A DNA stretch of 64,000 nt from Escherichia coli (GCF_030013205.1 NZ_CP122648.1); one strand, 5' to 3'. Shown: positions 24,635 through 37,077, counted from the first letter of the stretch. Made by a program: numbers and translations. The notes: generated by a model from the letters alone, not told the origin.

Positions 24635-26968
24635 TTGGCCAACTCATCCTCACGATATTCCGTTCTGACTGCCGCCCACTGGGGGCCCATGCTGGTTGAA
24701 ACTGACGGCGAAACCGTGCTTAGCTCGCGTGGCGCGTTAACCACAGGAATGGAAAACTCCTTGCAGAGCGCGGTTCGCGACCAGGTTCACAGCAATACGC
24801 GGGTACGATTTCCAATGGTGCGCAAAGGCTTTCTTGCGTCACCGGAAAAACCGCAAGGCATTCGCGGGCAGGATGAATTTGTTCGTGTGAGTTGGGATGA
24901 GGCGCTGGAGCTTATTCACCAACAACATAAACGCATTCGTGAGGCTTATGGTCCGGCATCGATTTTTGCTGGTTCCTACGGCTGGCGTTCAAACGGCGTG
25001 CTGCATAAGGCCTCGACATTATTACAACGCTATATGGCGCTGGCAGGCGGTTATACCGGGCATCTGGGGGATTATTCGACCGGTGCAGCACAGGCGATCA
25101 TGCCGTATGTCGTGGGGGGCAGCGAAGTTTATCAACAGCAAACCAGTTGGCCCCTGGTGCTGGAACATAGCGATGTCGTGGTGCTGTGGAGTGCTAATCC
25201 TCTCAATACGCTGAAAATTGCGTGGAATGCATCCGATGAGCAGGGGCTTTCTTACTTTTCCGCACTGCGTGACAGCGGGAAAAAGCTGATCTGCATTGAT
25301 CCAATGCGATCGGAAACCGTCGATTTCTTTGGCGATAAAATGGAGTGGGTGGCACCGCACATGGGCACCGATGTTGCGCTGATGCTGGGGATCGCCCATA
25401 CGCTGGTGGAAAATGGTTGGCACGACGAAGCGTTTCTGGCGCGTTGCACCACCGGTTATGCCGTCTTCGCCTCTTATTTGCTGGGCGAGAGTGACGGAAT
25501 AGCCAAAACCGCCGAATGGGCGGCAGGGATTTGTGGAGTTAACGCAGAGAAAATCCGCGAGCTGGCGGCTCTTTTCCACCAAAACACGACCATGCTGATG
25601 GCTGGCTGGGGAATGCAGCGTCAACAGTTTGGTGAGCAAAAACACTGGATGATCGTCACGCTGGCGGCAATGTTGGGGCAAATCGGCACACCCGGCGGCG
25701 GTTTTGGTCTTTCTTATCATTTTGCCAATGGTGGTAACCCCACGCGGCGTTCTGCGGTGCTCTCTTCCATGCAGGGCAGCTTGCCTGGCGGCACCGATGC
25801 GGTAGATAAAATCCCTGTTGCCCGCATTGTTGAAGCACTGGAAAACCCTGGTGGCGCATATCAACACAACGGTATGAACCGACATTTCCCGGATATTCGT
25901 TTTATCTGGTGGGCGGGCGGTGCCAACTTTACTCATCATCAGGATACCAATCGCCTGATCCGTGCCTGGCAAAAACCGGAGCTGGTGGTGATCTCTGAAT
26001 GCTTCTGGACGGCTGCGGCGAAACACGCGGATATCGTTCTGCCTGCGACTACCTCTTTTGAGCGTAATGATCTCACCATGACCGGTGATTACAGTAATCA
26101 GCATCTGGTGCCGATGAAACAAGTGGTGCCGCCACGTTATGAAGCGCGTAATGATTTTGATGTCTTTGCCGAGTTGAGTGAACGTTGGGAGAAGGGCGGC
26201 TATGCGCGGTTTACGGAAGGAAAAAGTGAGCTGCAATGGCTGGAAACGTTTTATAACGTTGCCCGGCAGCGCGGGGCAAGCCAGCAGGTTGAATTGTCGC
26301 CATTTGCTGAGTTCTGGGAAGCCAACCAGTTAATTGAGATGCCGGAAAACCCGGACAGTGAGCGGTTTATTCGCTTCGCCGATTTTCGCCGCGATCCGCA
26401 GGCGCATCCATTAAAAACCGCCAGCGGTAAGATTGAAATATTCTCGCAGCGTATTGCCGATTATGGTTACCAGGATTGCCCTGGGCATCCGATGTGGCTG
26501 GAGCCGGATGAGTGGCAGGGCAATGCCGAACCAGAACAGTTGCAGGTACTTTCTGCTCATCCGGCACATCGTCTGCACAGCCAGCTGAATTACAGTTCTC
26601 TGCGCGAATTGTACGCGGTGGCAAATCGTGAGCCTGTCACCATTCATCCTGACGATGCCCAGGCGCGCGGCATACAAGATGGCGATATTGTTCGGTTGTG
26701 GAACGCACGCGGGCAAATTCTTGCCGGAGCGGTCATTAGCGAGGGAATTAAACCTGGCGTGATTTGTATTCATGAAGGGGCATGGCCGGATCTGGATTTA
26801 ACCGCTGACGGTATTTGTAAAAACGGCGCGGTGAACGTTCTGACCAAAGATCTCCCCAGCTCGCGGCTGGGGAATGGCTGTGCGGGTAATACGGCACTGG
26901 CATGGCTGGAAAAATACAACGGTCCGGAACTGACACTTACAGCGTTTGAACCACCGGCCAGCTCATAA
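24635..26968 (+). CDS. bisC: Biotin sulfoxide reductase (molybdopterin oxidoreductase)
   Basis: 777 aa; molybdopterin family; recognised BisC; start codon choice uncertain. Confidence 0.92.
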   Translation: MANSSSRYSVLTAAHWGPMLVETDGETVLSSRGALTTGMENSLQSAVRDQVHSNTRVRFPMVRKGFLASPEKPQGIRGQDEFVRVSWDEALELIHQQHKRIREAYGPASIFAGSYGWRSNGVLHKASTLLQRYMALAGGYTGHLGDYSTGAAQAIMPYVVGGSEVYQQQTSWPLVLEHSDVVVLWSANPLNTLKIAWNASDEQGLSYFSALRDSGKKLICIDPMRSETVDFFGDKMEWVAPHMGTDVALMLGIAHTLVENGWHDEAFLARCTTGYAVFASYLLGESDGIAKTAEWAAGICGVNAEKIRELAALFHQNTTMLMAGWGMQRQQFGEQKHWMIVTLAAMLGQIGTPGGGFGLSYHFANGGNPTRRSAVLSSMQGSLPGGTDAVDKIPVARIVEALENPGGAYQHNGMNRHFPDIRFIWWAGGANFTHHQDTNRLIRAWQKPELVVISECFWTAAAKHADIVLPATTSFERNDLTMTGDYSNQHLVPMKQVVPPRYEARNDFDVFAELSERWEKGGYARFTEGKSELQWLETFYNVARQRGASQQVELSPFAEFWEANQLIEMPENPDSERFIRFADFRRDPQAHPLKTASGKIEIFSQRIADYGYQDCPGHPMWLEPDEWQGNAEPEQLQVLSAHPAHRLHSQLNYSSLRELYAVANREPVTIHPDDAQARGIQDGDIVRLWNARGQILAGAVISEGIKPGVICIHEGAWPDLDLTADGICKNGAVNVLTKDLPSSRLGNGCAGNTALAWLEKYNGPELTLTAFEPPASS

Positions 26969-27377
26969 TCCAGGTGGGTAGTTGGGTTTCATCCTGCCAT
27001 GCGCAGTCGACAATGTGAAAACCCTGCGCATGGTAAAAATCTATCGCCGGTTGATTTTTTTGATAAACCTCCAGCATCAGATGGGGATGGCGCTGCTGCA
27101 CATACTGCATTAGCGCCTTACCAATACCGCGTCTGACGGCCTTCGGTGCGACAAACATTGCAGCCAGAAATCGGCCTTCCATAATGCTGACAAAACCGAG
27201 AAGCTTACCGTCTTCTTCCCAGACCCAGTTTTGCGCGTTGGCAAGATAGGCATCCCGCACCAGCGGAATGCAATCACGCCAGTAATTCGCTTTTATAAAG
27301 GGATGCCCCCAGGTTGTACTTTCCAGCCACAGTTCGAGGATCGCGGGGAGTTCTGAACGTTGCGCTTCCCGAATCAT
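26937..27377 (-). CDS. yiaC: GNAT-family N-acetyltransferase YiaC
   Basis: 146 aa; GNAT motif RRGIGKALM; converges on and overlaps the bisC 3' end. Confidence 0.88.
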   Translation of the reverse strand: MIREAQRSELPAILELWLESTTWGHPFIKANYWRDCIPLVRDAYLANAQNWVWEEDGKLLGFVSIMEGRFLAAMFVAPKAVRRGIGKALMQYVQQRHPHLMLEVYQKNQPAIDFYHAQGFHIVDCAWQDETQLPTWIMSWPVVQTL

Positions 27378-27937
27378 GGTTTATTTCCCGGATAGCAACA
27401 GCAGCCAACCACATGATCATTCACCAGCCCACATGCCTGCATAAAGGAGTAACAGATTGTGGTACCAACAAACTTAAAACCACGCTTTTTCAGGGCTTTA
27501 GATAGAGCGTCGGAGGCGGGCGTAGATGTAGGGATTTCGCTCAACGTTGTGGCTTGTGTCACCTGTGGTTGATGATTGACAAACGACCAGACAAAGTCGG
27601 CAAACGGTTCGCCGTTCTGTTCCATTTGCAGGTACGCCCGCGCATTACCAATAATTGCCTGAATTTTCCCGCGATGGCGGATAATCCCGGCGTACTGTAC
27701 CAGTCTTTCGACATCCTCTTCCTGCATTGCAGCCACCTTCACCGGATCGAACTGATGAAAGCTGGCGCGATAGTTTTCGCGTTTTTTGAGGACGGTGATC
27801 CACGATAATCCAGCCTGCTGCCCTTCAAGGCAGATCATTTCGAACAGTTTTTTACTGTCAGTTTCAGGCACGCCCCACTCATTATCATGGTAGGCAATAT
27901 AAAGCGGGTCCTGACTCACCCAGCCGCAACGTTCCAT
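27374..27937 (-). CDS. tag: DNA-3-methyladenine glycosylase I
   Basis: ORF-track 27374..28174 trimmed to MERCGWVSQDP (187 aa); 4-bp overlap with yiaC. Confidence 0.93.
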   Translation of the reverse strand: MERCGWVSQDPLYIAYHDNEWGVPETDSKKLFEMICLEGQQAGLSWITVLKKRENYRASFHQFDPVKVAAMQEEDVERLVQYAGIIRHRGKIQAIIGNARAYLQMEQNGEPFADFVWSFVNHQPQVTQATTLSEIPTSTPASDALSKALKKRGFKFVGTTICYSFMQACGLVNDHVVGCCCYPGNKP

Positions 27938-28094
27938 ACTTTCCCTCGCTATGTACCCGATCGTAAAAATTTCAGCCGCTTTTCTTGACGCATCGGTTAA
28001 AAAGTCAATATTTAATACAGGGCTACTATGCCCGATATCCTTCATACAATGACAATAATATTGCCGAATTCGGCTCTTCCCTGGAGTCGTGTTA

Positions 28095-28793
28095 ATGATC
28101 ATAAAAAAAAGCGGTGGTCGCTGGCAGCTAAGCCTGCTGGCGAGTGTGGTAATCAGTGCCTTTTTTCTCAACACAGCTTACGCCTGGCAACAAGAATATA
28201 TCGTTGATACGCAACCCGGACATTCCACAGAGCGTTACACCTGGGATAGTGACCATCAACCTGATTACAACGATATTTTGTCGCAACGTATTCAAAGTAG
28301 CCAAAGGGCGCTGGGACTGGAAGTCAATCTGGCGGAAGAAACTCCTGTGGATGTGACCAGCAGTATGAGTATGGGCTGGAATTTTCCTTTATATGAGCAG
28401 GTTACAACCGGCCCGGTCGCGGCATTACATTACGATGGCACAACCACCTCGATGTATAACGAGTTTGGCGACAGTACTACCACGCTGGCCGATCCGTTAT
28501 GGCATGCCAGCGTGAGTACCTTAGGCTGGCGTGTTGACTCCCGGCTTGGCGATCTCCGACCCTGGGCGCAAATCAGCTATAACCAGCAATTTGGCGAGAA
28601 TATCTGGAAGGCGCAATCAGGCCTGAGCCGGATGACGGCGACAAACCAGAACGGCAACTGGCTGGATGTCACCGTAGGCGCTGATATGTTGCTCAATCAA
28701 AATATTGCTGCCTATGCTGCGCTATCTCAGGCAGAAAATACCACTAACAATAGCGACTATCTGTATACGATGGGGGTTAGTGCCAGATTTTAA
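28095..28793 (+). CDS. yhjY: YhjY, autotransporter beta-domain-like outer membrane protein
   Basis: About 232 aa, signal peptide, C-terminal ...TMGVSARF beta-barrel ending. Confidence 0.8.
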   Translation: MIIKKSGGRWQLSLLASVVISAFFLNTAYAWQQEYIVDTQPGHSTERYTWDSDHQPDYNDILSQRIQSSQRALGLEVNLAEETPVDVTSSMSMGWNFPLYEQVTTGPVAALHYDGTTTSMYNEFGDSTTTLADPLWHASVSTLGWRVDSRLGDLRPWAQISYNQQFGENIWKAQSGLSRMTATNQNGNWLDVTVGADMLLNQNIAAYAALSQAENTTNNSDYLYTMGVSARF

Positions 28794-28907
28794 CGTTATA
28801 GATACAATTGAAACCATTGGATAACAACAGTTGTGGCGATAGTGGGTGCTAACTTACTAAATAATAAATTTGGTGAATAATTGTCGAGTCATTCATTCCT
28901 GAACTAA

Positions 28908-28938
28908 TGCATTTCATTCCGTTCTGATGGCATTTCAT
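28908..28938 (+). promoter_or_regulatory. Direct repeats TGCATTTCAT / GGCATTTCAT (11-bp spacer), candidate YpdB response-regulator site of the yhjX promoter
   Basis: Two 10-bp direct repeats 21 bp apart, about 85 bp upstream of the yhjX start; matches my memory of the YpdB motif. Confidence 0.55.
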
Positions 28939-29021
28939 GCCGTTTTTCCCCAGGCATAAAGTGCACTTCGTTATGGTTGTCAGCAGAGATTTTTCCTTTT
29001 TATTACTGCAGGAATACTGCC

Positions 29022-30230
29022 ATGACACCTTCAAATTATCAGCGTACCCGCTGGTTGACACTCATCGGTACTATCATTACCCAGTTTGCGCTGGGGTCGG
29101 TTTATACCTGGAGCCTGTTTAACGGCGCGCTTTCTGCCAAGCTGGATGCGCCGGTAAGCCAGGTCGCTTTCTCTTTCGGCTTGTTAAGTCTGGGGCTGGC
29201 AATTTCATCTTCTGTTGCGGGGAAATTACAGGAACGTTTTGGCGTTAAACGCGTCACTATGGCTTCCGGCATTTTGCTGGGATTAGGCTTCTTCCTGACA
29301 GCGCATTCTGACAACCTGATGATGCTGTGGTTAAGCGCCGGTGTGCTGGTCGGTCTGGCGGATGGCGCGGGTTACCTGCTGACGCTCTCTAACTGCGTGA
29401 AGTGGTTCCCGGAGCGTAAAGGTCTGATCTCCGCGTTCGCTATCGGTTCTTATGGTCTGGGTAGCCTGGGGTTCAAATTTATCGACACGCAGCTGCTCGA
29501 AACGGTGGGTCTGGAAAAAACATTTGTGATTTGGGGAGCGATTGCGCTGGTGATGATTGTTTTCGGCGCAACGTTAATGAAAGACGCACCAAAACAGGAA
29601 GTGAAAACCAGCAATGGTGTCGTGGAGAAAGATTACACGCTGGCAGAGTCGATGCGTAAACCGCAGTACTGGATGTTAGCGGTAATGTTCCTGACTGCCT
29701 GCATGAGCGGCCTGTACGTGATTGGGGTAGCGAAAGATATCGCCCAAAGTCTGGCACACCTTGATGTGGTTTCCGCAGCCAATGCAGTCACTGTTATTTC
29801 CATCGCCAACCTTTCAGGTCGTCTGGTTCTGGGGATACTGTCTGACAAAATCGCCCGAATCCGTGTTATCACCATTGGTCAGGTGATTTCGCTGGTGGGT
29901 ATGGCGGCCCTGCTGTTTGCACCATTGAATGCAGTGACGTTCTTTGCAGCGATTGCCTGCGTGGCGTTTAACTTTGGCGGCACTATCACGGTGTTCCCGT
30001 CACTGGTCAGTGAGTTCTTCGGCCTCAATAACCTGGCGAAAAACTACGGTGTGATTTATCTCGGTTTCGGTATCGGCAGCATTTGTGGGTCGATTATCGC
30101 CTCACTGTTTGGCGGCTTCTATGTGACCTTCTACGTGATTTTCGCCCTGCTGATTCTGTCACTGGCGCTCTCTACGACGATTCGTCAGCCAGAGCAGAAA
30201 ATGTTGCGTGAGGCGCATGGCTCCCTTTAA
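29022..30230 (+). CDS. yhjX: MFS transporter YhjX (oxalate/formate antiporter-like)
   Basis: ORF-track 28977..30230 trimmed to MTPSNYQRTRW (402 aa); 12 TM segments. Confidence 0.88.
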   Translation: MTPSNYQRTRWLTLIGTIITQFALGSVYTWSLFNGALSAKLDAPVSQVAFSFGLLSLGLAISSSVAGKLQERFGVKRVTMASGILLGLGFFLTAHSDNLMMLWLSAGVLVGLADGAGYLLTLSNCVKWFPERKGLISAFAIGSYGLGSLGFKFIDTQLLETVGLEKTFVIWGAIALVMIVFGATLMKDAPKQEVKTSNGVVEKDYTLAESMRKPQYWMLAVMFLTACMSGLYVIGVAKDIAQSLAHLDVVSAANAVTVISIANLSGRLVLGILSDKIARIRVITIGQVISLVGMAALLFAPLNAVTFFAAIACVAFNFGGTITVFPSLVSEFFGLNNLAKNYGVIYLGFGIGSICGSIIASLFGGFYVTFYVIFALLILSLALSTTIRQPEQKMLREAHGSL

Positions 30231-30553
30231 TCATCTGCCGCGAGCTACTGGGCTTTAGCCTTAGTGTGAATCAAACGCTTCAACGCAATGTATAAACAAT
30301 GACGCGTAAAATTTGGGCCAGTTAACTGGCCCTTTTTACTGCTTTTTGTAACGCTAAAGTCTCTTTTCAAACTTGCATTTTTGTAAATTTGTGCTTCGTG
30401 CACACTCTTTCCCCACACTTTTTCCCTTTGCTGTGGTCTACTTATTCGCGCGTGTAGATTTTACTTATCTGACTACCTCCGCACTTTTCCCCTGCCTGGC
30501 CTGAAAAGCCATTAAGCAGGGTGTTATCACCTGTTTGTCCAGGGTTTGTTTGC

Positions 30554-32245
30554 ATGAGATACATCAAATCGATTACACAGCAGAAGCTGAGCTTTTTGCT
30601 TGCAATCTATATTGGCCTTTTTATGAATGGCGCGGTTTTTTACCGCCGCTTCGGCAGCTATGCGCACGATTTTACCGTCTGGAAAGGCATTTCTGCTGTT
30701 GTTGAACTGGCCGCCACCGTACTGGTGACCTTCTTTTTACTACGTCTTCTTTCGCTGTTTGGCCGCCGTAGCTGGCGTATTCTGGCGTCGCTGGTGGTGC
30801 TCTTTTCCGCAGGTGCCAGCTATTACATGACCTTCCTTAATGTGGTCATTGGTTATGGCATCATCGCTTCCGTCATGACCACCGATATCGACCTGTCAAA
30901 AGAAGTTGTTGGTCTGAACTTTATTCTCTGGTTAATCGCCGTTAGCGCATTGCCTCTTATCCTTATCTGGAATAACCGCTGTCGCTACACCTTGCTCCGA
31001 CAACTGCGAACCCCAGGGCAGCGTATTCGCAGCCTGGCGGTCGTCGTACTGGCGGGTATTATGGTTTGGGCACCGATTCGTTTGCTGGATATCCAGCAGA
31101 AGAAAGTGGAGAGGGCGACCGGTGTTGATTTGCCCAGCTATGGCGGTGTCGTAGCGAACTCTTATCTGCCATCAAACTGGCTTTCTGCGTTGGGGCTGTA
31201 TGCCTGGGCGCGGGTCGATGAATCTTCCGATAATAATTCATTGCTTAACCCGGCGAAGAAATTCACTTATCAGGCACCGCAAAACGTTGATGACACTTAT
31301 GTCGTGTTTATCATCGGTGAAACCACGCGTTGGGACCATATGGGCATTTTTGGCTATGAGCGTAATACCACGCCGAAGCTGGCCCAGGAGAAAAATCTGG
31401 CAGCGTTCCGTGGTTACTCCTGTGATACCGCAACTAAACTCTCACTGCGTTGCATGTTTGTACGTCAGGGGGGCGCGGAAGATAATCCGCAGCGCACATT
31501 AAAAGAACAGAACATTTTCGCGGTGCTGAAGCAGTTAGGATTCAGTTCTGATCTCTACGCTATGCAAAGCGAAATGTGGTTCTACAGCAACACGATGGCA
31601 GACAACATTGCTTATCGTGAGCAGATTGGTGCGGAGCCACGTAACCGTGGCAAGCCGGTAGATGATATGTTGCTGGTAGACGAAATGCAGCAATCGCTGG
31701 GGCGCAACCCGGATGGCAAGCATCTGATCATTTTGCATACCAAAGGTTCGCACTTTAACTACACCCAGCGTTACCCGCGCAGCTTTGCGCAGTGGAAGCC
31801 GGGATGTATTGGTGTTGATAGCGGCTGTACCAAAGCGCAGATGATCAACTCCTATGACAACTCGGTGACCTATGTGGATCACTTTATCTCCAGCGTGATT
31901 GATCAGGTTCGCGATAAGAAAGCGATTGTGTTCTACGCAGCTGACCACGGTGAGTCAATTAATGAACGCGAGCACCTGCACGGCACACCGCGTGAACTGG
32001 CACCGCCGGAGCAGTTCCGTGTGCCGATGATGGTCTGGATGTCAGATAAATATCTAGAAAATCCGGCCAATGCGCAGGCATTTGCGCAGCTGAAAAAAGA
32101 AGCCGACATGAAAGTGCCACGCCGTCATGTAGAGCTGTACGACACCATCATGGGTTGTCTTGGCTATACTTCACCGGATGGTGGAATTAACGAAAACAAC
32201 AACTGGTGCCACATCCCGCAGGCAAGAGAGGCGGCGGCTAACTAA
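30554..32245 (+). CDS. eptB: Kdo2-lipid A phosphoethanolamine transferase
   Basis: ORF-track 30521..32245 trimmed to [10 protein letters not shown] (563 aa); N-terminal TM domain plus sulfatase-like domain. Confidence 0.9.
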   Translation: MRYIKSITQQKLSFLLAIYIGLFMNGAVFYRRFGSYAHDFTVWKGISAVVELAATVLVTFFLLRLLSLFGRRSWRILASLVVLFSAGASYYMTFLNVVIGYGIIASVMTTDIDLSKEVVGLNFILWLIAVSALPLILIWNNRCRYTLLRQLRTPGQRIRSLAVVVLAGIMVWAPIRLLDIQQKKVERATGVDLPSYGGVVANSYLPSNWLSALGLYAWARVDESSDNNSLLNPAKKFTYQAPQNVDDTYVVFIIGETTRWDHMGIFGYERNTTPKLAQEKNLAAFRGYSCDTATKLSLRCMFVRQGGAEDNPQRTLKEQNIFAVLKQLGFSSDLYAMQSEMWFYSNTMADNIAYREQIGAEPRNRGKPVDDMLLVDEMQQSLGRNPDGKHLIILHTKGSHFNYTQRYPRSFAQWKPGCIGVDSGCTKAQMINSYDNSVTYVDHFISSVIDQVRDKKAIVFYAADHGESINEREHLHGTPRELAPPEQFRVPMMVWMSDKYLENPANAQAFAQLKKEADMKVPRRHVELYDTIMGCLGYTSPDGGINENNNWCHIPQAREAAAN

Positions 32246-32336
32246 GAGGCCTGCTGACTTTCTCGCCGATCAAAAGGCATTTTGCTATTAAGGGATTGAC
32301 GAGGGCGTATCTGCGCAGTAAGATGCGCCCCGCATT

Positions 32337-32756
<420 letters not shown>

Positions 32757-33339
32757 CACCGCACTCATTGTGGGATACAGCGTATCCGTCTTATCCGATC
32801 TAAACGGCAACACACCACACATTTCCCTGCCAAATTTGCGCCCCATATCTCACTATCCATTAATGGATTTGTGACAGAAACCATTGTCTTTTTTTATATT
32901 TGCTTAAATCTTTTTTTGCGTTACTTATGACTGGCGCTGGCATTTTCCGCTGTGCGTTTTAGCGTTCATGGTATTAATCGCTCAGATATCCACCTTTTCC
33001 TCAGATTTTTTTCACTAAATGCATAAAACTTAATCACCAAATGTTGCTAAATATTAAGCTGATTGTTCTGGTCATGTTGGAGTAGCACAAATTTCTCTGC
33101 TGCAAATAGCGGTTTGAAGTTTTTTTAATCTTTGTTTGTGGATTCTCACCGTTGGTGTAAATCCCGGTTGGCTGTATTGACGTTTTCACATTCTGTTGAC
33201 AGATTGTAGGTCACGAGGGGCATTTTATGGAGGATCCGCACTGTTACACTGATGTTAATTAGTACGGCATCCCCACCTCATAACGTTGACCCGACCGGGC
33301 AAAAAACAAAAAAGGTCAGGCGGCGACAACCCACTGCAA

Positions 33340-33377
33340 AGGGTTAAAACAACAAACATCACAATTGGAGCAGAATA
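33340..33377 (+). promoter_or_regulatory. dppA 5' UTR CA-rich segment, known target region of GcvB sRNA
   Basis: aaaacaacaaacatcacaattggagcagaata immediately upstream of the dppA ATG. Confidence 0.5.
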
Positions 33378-34985
33378 ATGCGTATTTCCTTGAAAAAGTC
33401 AGGGATGCTGAAGCTTGGTCTCAGCCTGGTGGCTATGACCGTCGCAGCAAGTGTTCAGGCTAAAACTCTGGTTTATTGCTCAGAAGGATCTCCGGAAGGG
33501 TTTAACCCGCAGTTGTTTACCTCCGGTACTACCTATGACGCCTCTTCCGTGCCGCTTTATAACCGCCTGGTTGAATTTAAAATCGGCACCACCGAAGTGA
33601 TCCCGGGCCTCGCTGAAAAGTGGGAAGTCAGCGAAGACGGTAAAACCTATACCTTCCATCTGCGTAAAGGTGTGAAGTGGCACGACAATAAAGAATTCAA
33701 ACCGACGCGCGAACTGAACGCCGATGACGTGGTGTTCTCGTTCGATCGTCAGAAAAACGCGCAAAACCCGTACCATAAAGTTTCTGGCGGTAGCTACGAA
33801 TACTTTGAAGGCATGGGCTTGCCGGAGCTGATCAGCGAAGTGAAAAAGGTGGACGACAACACCGTTCAGTTTGTGCTGACTCGACCGGAAGCGCCGTTCC
33901 TCGCTGACCTGGCAATGGACTTCGCCTCTATTCTGTCAAAAGAATATGCTGACGCGATGATGAAAGCCGGTACACCGGAAAAACTGGACCTCAACCCAAT
34001 CGGCACCGGTCCGTTCCAGTTACAGCAGTACCAAAAAGATTCCCGTATCCGCTACAAAGCGTTTGATGGCTACTGGGGCACCAAACCGCAGATCGATACG
34101 CTGGTTTTCTCTATTACCCCTGATGCTTCCGTGCGTTACGCGAAATTGCAGAAGAATGAATGCCAGGTGATGCCGTACCCGAACCCGGCAGATATCGCTC
34201 GCATGAAGCAGGATAAATCCATCAATCTGATGGAAATGCCGGGGCTTAACGTCGGCTATCTTTCATATAACGTGCAGAAAAAACCACTTGATGACGTGAA
34301 AGTTCGCCAGGCTCTGACCTACGCGGTGAACAAAGACGCTATCATCAAAGCGGTTTATCAGGGCGCGGGCGTGGCAGCGAAAAACCTGATCCCGCCAACC
34401 ATGTGGGGCTATAACGACGACGTTCAGGACTACACCTACGATCCCGAAAAAGCGAAAGCCTTGCTGAAAGAAGCGGGCCTGGAAAAAGGCTTCTCCATCG
34501 ACCTGTGGGCAATGCCGGTACAACGTCCGTATAACCCGAATGCTCGACGCATGGCAGAGATGATTCAGGCAGACTGGGCGAAAGTGGGCGTGCAGGCCAA
34601 AATTGTCACCTACGAATGGGGTGAGTATCTCAAGCGTGCGAAAGATGGCGAGCATCAGACGGTAATGATGGGCTGGACTGGCGACAACGGGGATCCGGAT
34701 AACTTCTTCGCCACCCTGTTCAGCTGCGCCGCCTCTGAACAAGGCTCCAACTACTCAAAATGGTGCTACAAACCGTTTGAAGATCTGATTCAACCGGCGC
34801 GTGCTACCGACGACCATAACAAACGCGTTGAACTGTACAAGCAAGCGCAGGTGGTGATGCACGATCAGGCTCCGGCACTGATCATCGCTCACTCCACCGT
34901 GTTTGAACCGGTACGCAAAGAAGTTAAAGGCTATGTGGTTGATCCATTAGGCAAACATCACTTCGAAAACGTCTCTATCGAATAA
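33378..34985 (+). CDS. dppA: Dipeptide-binding periplasmic protein
   Basis: 535 aa with signal peptide; recognised DppA. Confidence 0.97.
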   Translation: MRISLKKSGMLKLGLSLVAMTVAASVQAKTLVYCSEGSPEGFNPQLFTSGTTYDASSVPLYNRLVEFKIGTTEVIPGLAEKWEVSEDGKTYTFHLRKGVKWHDNKEFKPTRELNADDVVFSFDRQKNAQNPYHKVSGGSYEYFEGMGLPELISEVKKVDDNTVQFVLTRPEAPFLADLAMDFASILSKEYADAMMKAGTPEKLDLNPIGTGPFQLQQYQKDSRIRYKAFDGYWGTKPQIDTLVFSITPDASVRYAKLQKNECQVMPYPNPADIARMKQDKSINLMEMPGLNVGYLSYNVQKKPLDDVKVRQALTYAVNKDAIIKAVYQGAGVAAKNLIPPTMWGYNDDVQDYTYDPEKAKALLKEAGLEKGFSIDLWAMPVQRPYNPNARRMAEMIQADWAKVGVQAKIVTYEWGEYLKRAKDGEHQTVMMGWTGDNGDPDNFFATLFSCAASEQGSNYSKWCYKPFEDLIQPARATDDHNKRVELYKQAQVVMHDQAPALIIAHSTVFEPVRKEVKGYVVDPLGKHHFENVSIE

Positions 34986-35135
34986 TTAAAAGCCATACCC
35001 GGTGGCGCTGCATCTCTGCGTGCAGCGCCATCCGGCAGCAATACTTCATTCCCTGTCCGGCACGGGCGGGAATTGATTTGTGAGCAATACAGACACGCAG
35101 TTCCAGGCTGCGGGTCACTACAGAGAATCCGGGTT

Positions 35136-36155
35136 ATGTTGCAGTTTATTCTCCGACGTTTGGGACTCGTCATCCCCACGTTTATCGGTATTACCCTTCT
35201 CACATTTGCCTTTGTCCACATGATCCCGGGCGATCCGGTGATGATCATGGCGGGCGAACGTGGGATCTCCCCAGAGCGTCACGCGCAGCTGCTGGCTGAA
35301 CTCGGCTTAGATAAACCGATGTGGCAGCAGTATCTCAATTACATTTGGAGCGTAATGCACGGCGATTTAGGCATTTCGATGAAAAGCCGCATCCCGGTTT
35401 GGGAAGAGTTCGTGCCGCGCTTTCAGGCCACGCTGGAGCTTGGTGTCTGCGCGATGATTTTTGCGACTGCGGTCGGTATTCCAGTCGGTGTGCTGGCTGC
35501 GGTTAAACGCGGTTCCATTTTCGATCACACGGCGGTTGGTCTGGCGCTGACCGGCTACTCGATGCCGATCTTCTGGTGGGGCATGATGCTGATCATGCTG
35601 GTTTCGGTGCACTGGAACCTGACGCCCGTCTCCGGTCGCGTGAGCGACATGGTGTTCCTCGATGATTCCAATCCGTTAACCGGTTTTATGCTAATCGACA
35701 CCGCCATCTGGGGTGAAGACGGTAACTTTATCGATGCCGTCGCCCATATGATCCTGCCCGCCATTGTGCTGGGTACTATCCCGCTGGCGGTCATTGTACG
35801 TATGACACGCTCCTCGATGCTGGAAGTGCTGGGTGAAGATTACATCCGCACCGCGCGCGCCAAAGGGTTGGCCCGCATGCGGGTGATTATCGTCCATGCT
35901 CTGCGTAACGCGATGCTGCCGGTAGTGACCGTTATCGGCCTGCAGGTGGGAACATTGCTGGCGGGGGCGATTCTGACCGAAACCATCTTCTCGTGGCCCG
36001 GTCTGGGGCGCTGGTTGATTGACGCACTGCAACGCCGCGACTATCCGGTAGTGCAGGGCGGCGTATTGCTGGTGGCGACGATGATTATCCTCGTCAACTT
36101 GCTGGTCGATCTGCTGTACGGCGTGGTGAACCCGCGTATTCGTCATAAGAAGTAA
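35136..36155 (+). CDS. dppB: Dipeptide ABC transporter permease
   Basis: ORF-track 35073..36155 trimmed to MLQFILRRLG (339 aa). Confidence 0.93.
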   Translation: MLQFILRRLGLVIPTFIGITLLTFAFVHMIPGDPVMIMAGERGISPERHAQLLAELGLDKPMWQQYLNYIWSVMHGDLGISMKSRIPVWEEFVPRFQATLELGVCAMIFATAVGIPVGVLAAVKRGSIFDHTAVGLALTGYSMPIFWWGMMLIMLVSVHWNLTPVSGRVSDMVFLDDSNPLTGFMLIDTAIWGEDGNFIDAVAHMILPAIVLGTIPLAVIVRMTRSSMLEVLGEDYIRTARAKGLARMRVIIVHALRNAMLPVVTVIGLQVGTLLAGAILTETIFSWPGLGRWLIDALQRRDYPVVQGGVLLVATMIILVNLLVDLLYGVVNPRIRHKK

Positions 36156-36164
36156 GGGGACATC

Positions 36165-37067
36165 ATGTCACAGGTTACTGAAAATAAAGTGATTAGCGCA
36201 CCGGTGCCGATGACCCCGTTACAGGAGTTCTGGCACTATTTTAAACGCAACAAAGGCGCGGTCGTCGGGCTGGTTTACGTCGTCATCGTGCTGTTTATCG
36301 CGATCTTTGCCAACTGGATTGCACCCTATAACCCGGCGGAACAGTTCCGCGATGCACTGCTCGCCCCGCCAGCCTGGCAGGAAGGCGGCAGCATGGCGCA
36401 CTTGCTGGGCACCGATGACGTAGGCCGTGATGTGCTGTCGCGTCTGATGTACGGTGCGCGATTGTCACTGCTGGTTGGCTGTCTGGTAGTTGTGTTATCG
36501 CTGATTATGGGCGTTATTCTCGGCCTGATCGCCGGTTACTTCGGCGGCCTGGTCGATAACATCATCATGCGCGTGGTCGATATCATGCTGGCGCTACCAA
36601 GTCTGCTGTTGGCACTGGTGCTGGTGGCGATTTTCGGCCCGTCGATTGGTAACGCCGCGCTGGCGCTGACCTTCGTTGCCTTGCCGCACTATGTGCGCTT
36701 AACACGCGCCGCCGTGCTGGTGGAGGTGAATCGCGATTACGTTACCGCGTCTCGCGTGGCAGGTGCCGGGGCGATGCGTCAGATGTTTATTAACATCTTC
36801 CCGAACTGCCTTGCGCCTCTGATTGTTCAGGCGTCGCTCGGTTTCTCTAACGCCATTCTCGATATGGCTGCTCTTGGTTTCCTCGGCATGGGGGCGCAGC
36901 CGCCAACGCCGGAGTGGGGCACCATGCTCTCCGACGTGTTGCAGTTCGCGCAAAGCGCCTGGTGGGTCGTGACCTTCCCGGGTCTGGCGATCCTGCTGAC
37001 GGTGCTGGCATTTAACCTGATGGGTGACGGTCTGCGTGACGCGCTCGATCCCAAACTGAAGCAGTAA
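36165..37067 (+). CDS. dppC: Dipeptide ABC transporter permease
   Basis: 300 aa. Confidence 0.95.
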   Translation: MSQVTENKVISAPVPMTPLQEFWHYFKRNKGAVVGLVYVVIVLFIAIFANWIAPYNPAEQFRDALLAPPAWQEGGSMAHLLGTDDVGRDVLSRLMYGARLSLLVGCLVVVLSLIMGVILGLIAGYFGGLVDNIIMRVVDIMLALPSLLLALVLVAIFGPSIGNAALALTFVALPHYVRLTRAAVLVEVNRDYVTASRVAGAGAMRQMFINIFPNCLAPLIVQASLGFSNAILDMAALGFLGMGAQPPTPEWGTMLSDVLQFAQSAWWVVTFPGLAILLTVLAFNLMGDGLRDALDPKLKQ

Positions 37068-37077
37068 GAGGTTCGAG

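Noticed and set aside
25022-26236. 404-aa minus-strand ORF antisense to bisC
   Set aside because: Fully embedded in bisC on the opposite strand; composition typical of an antisense frame; no recognisable motifs.
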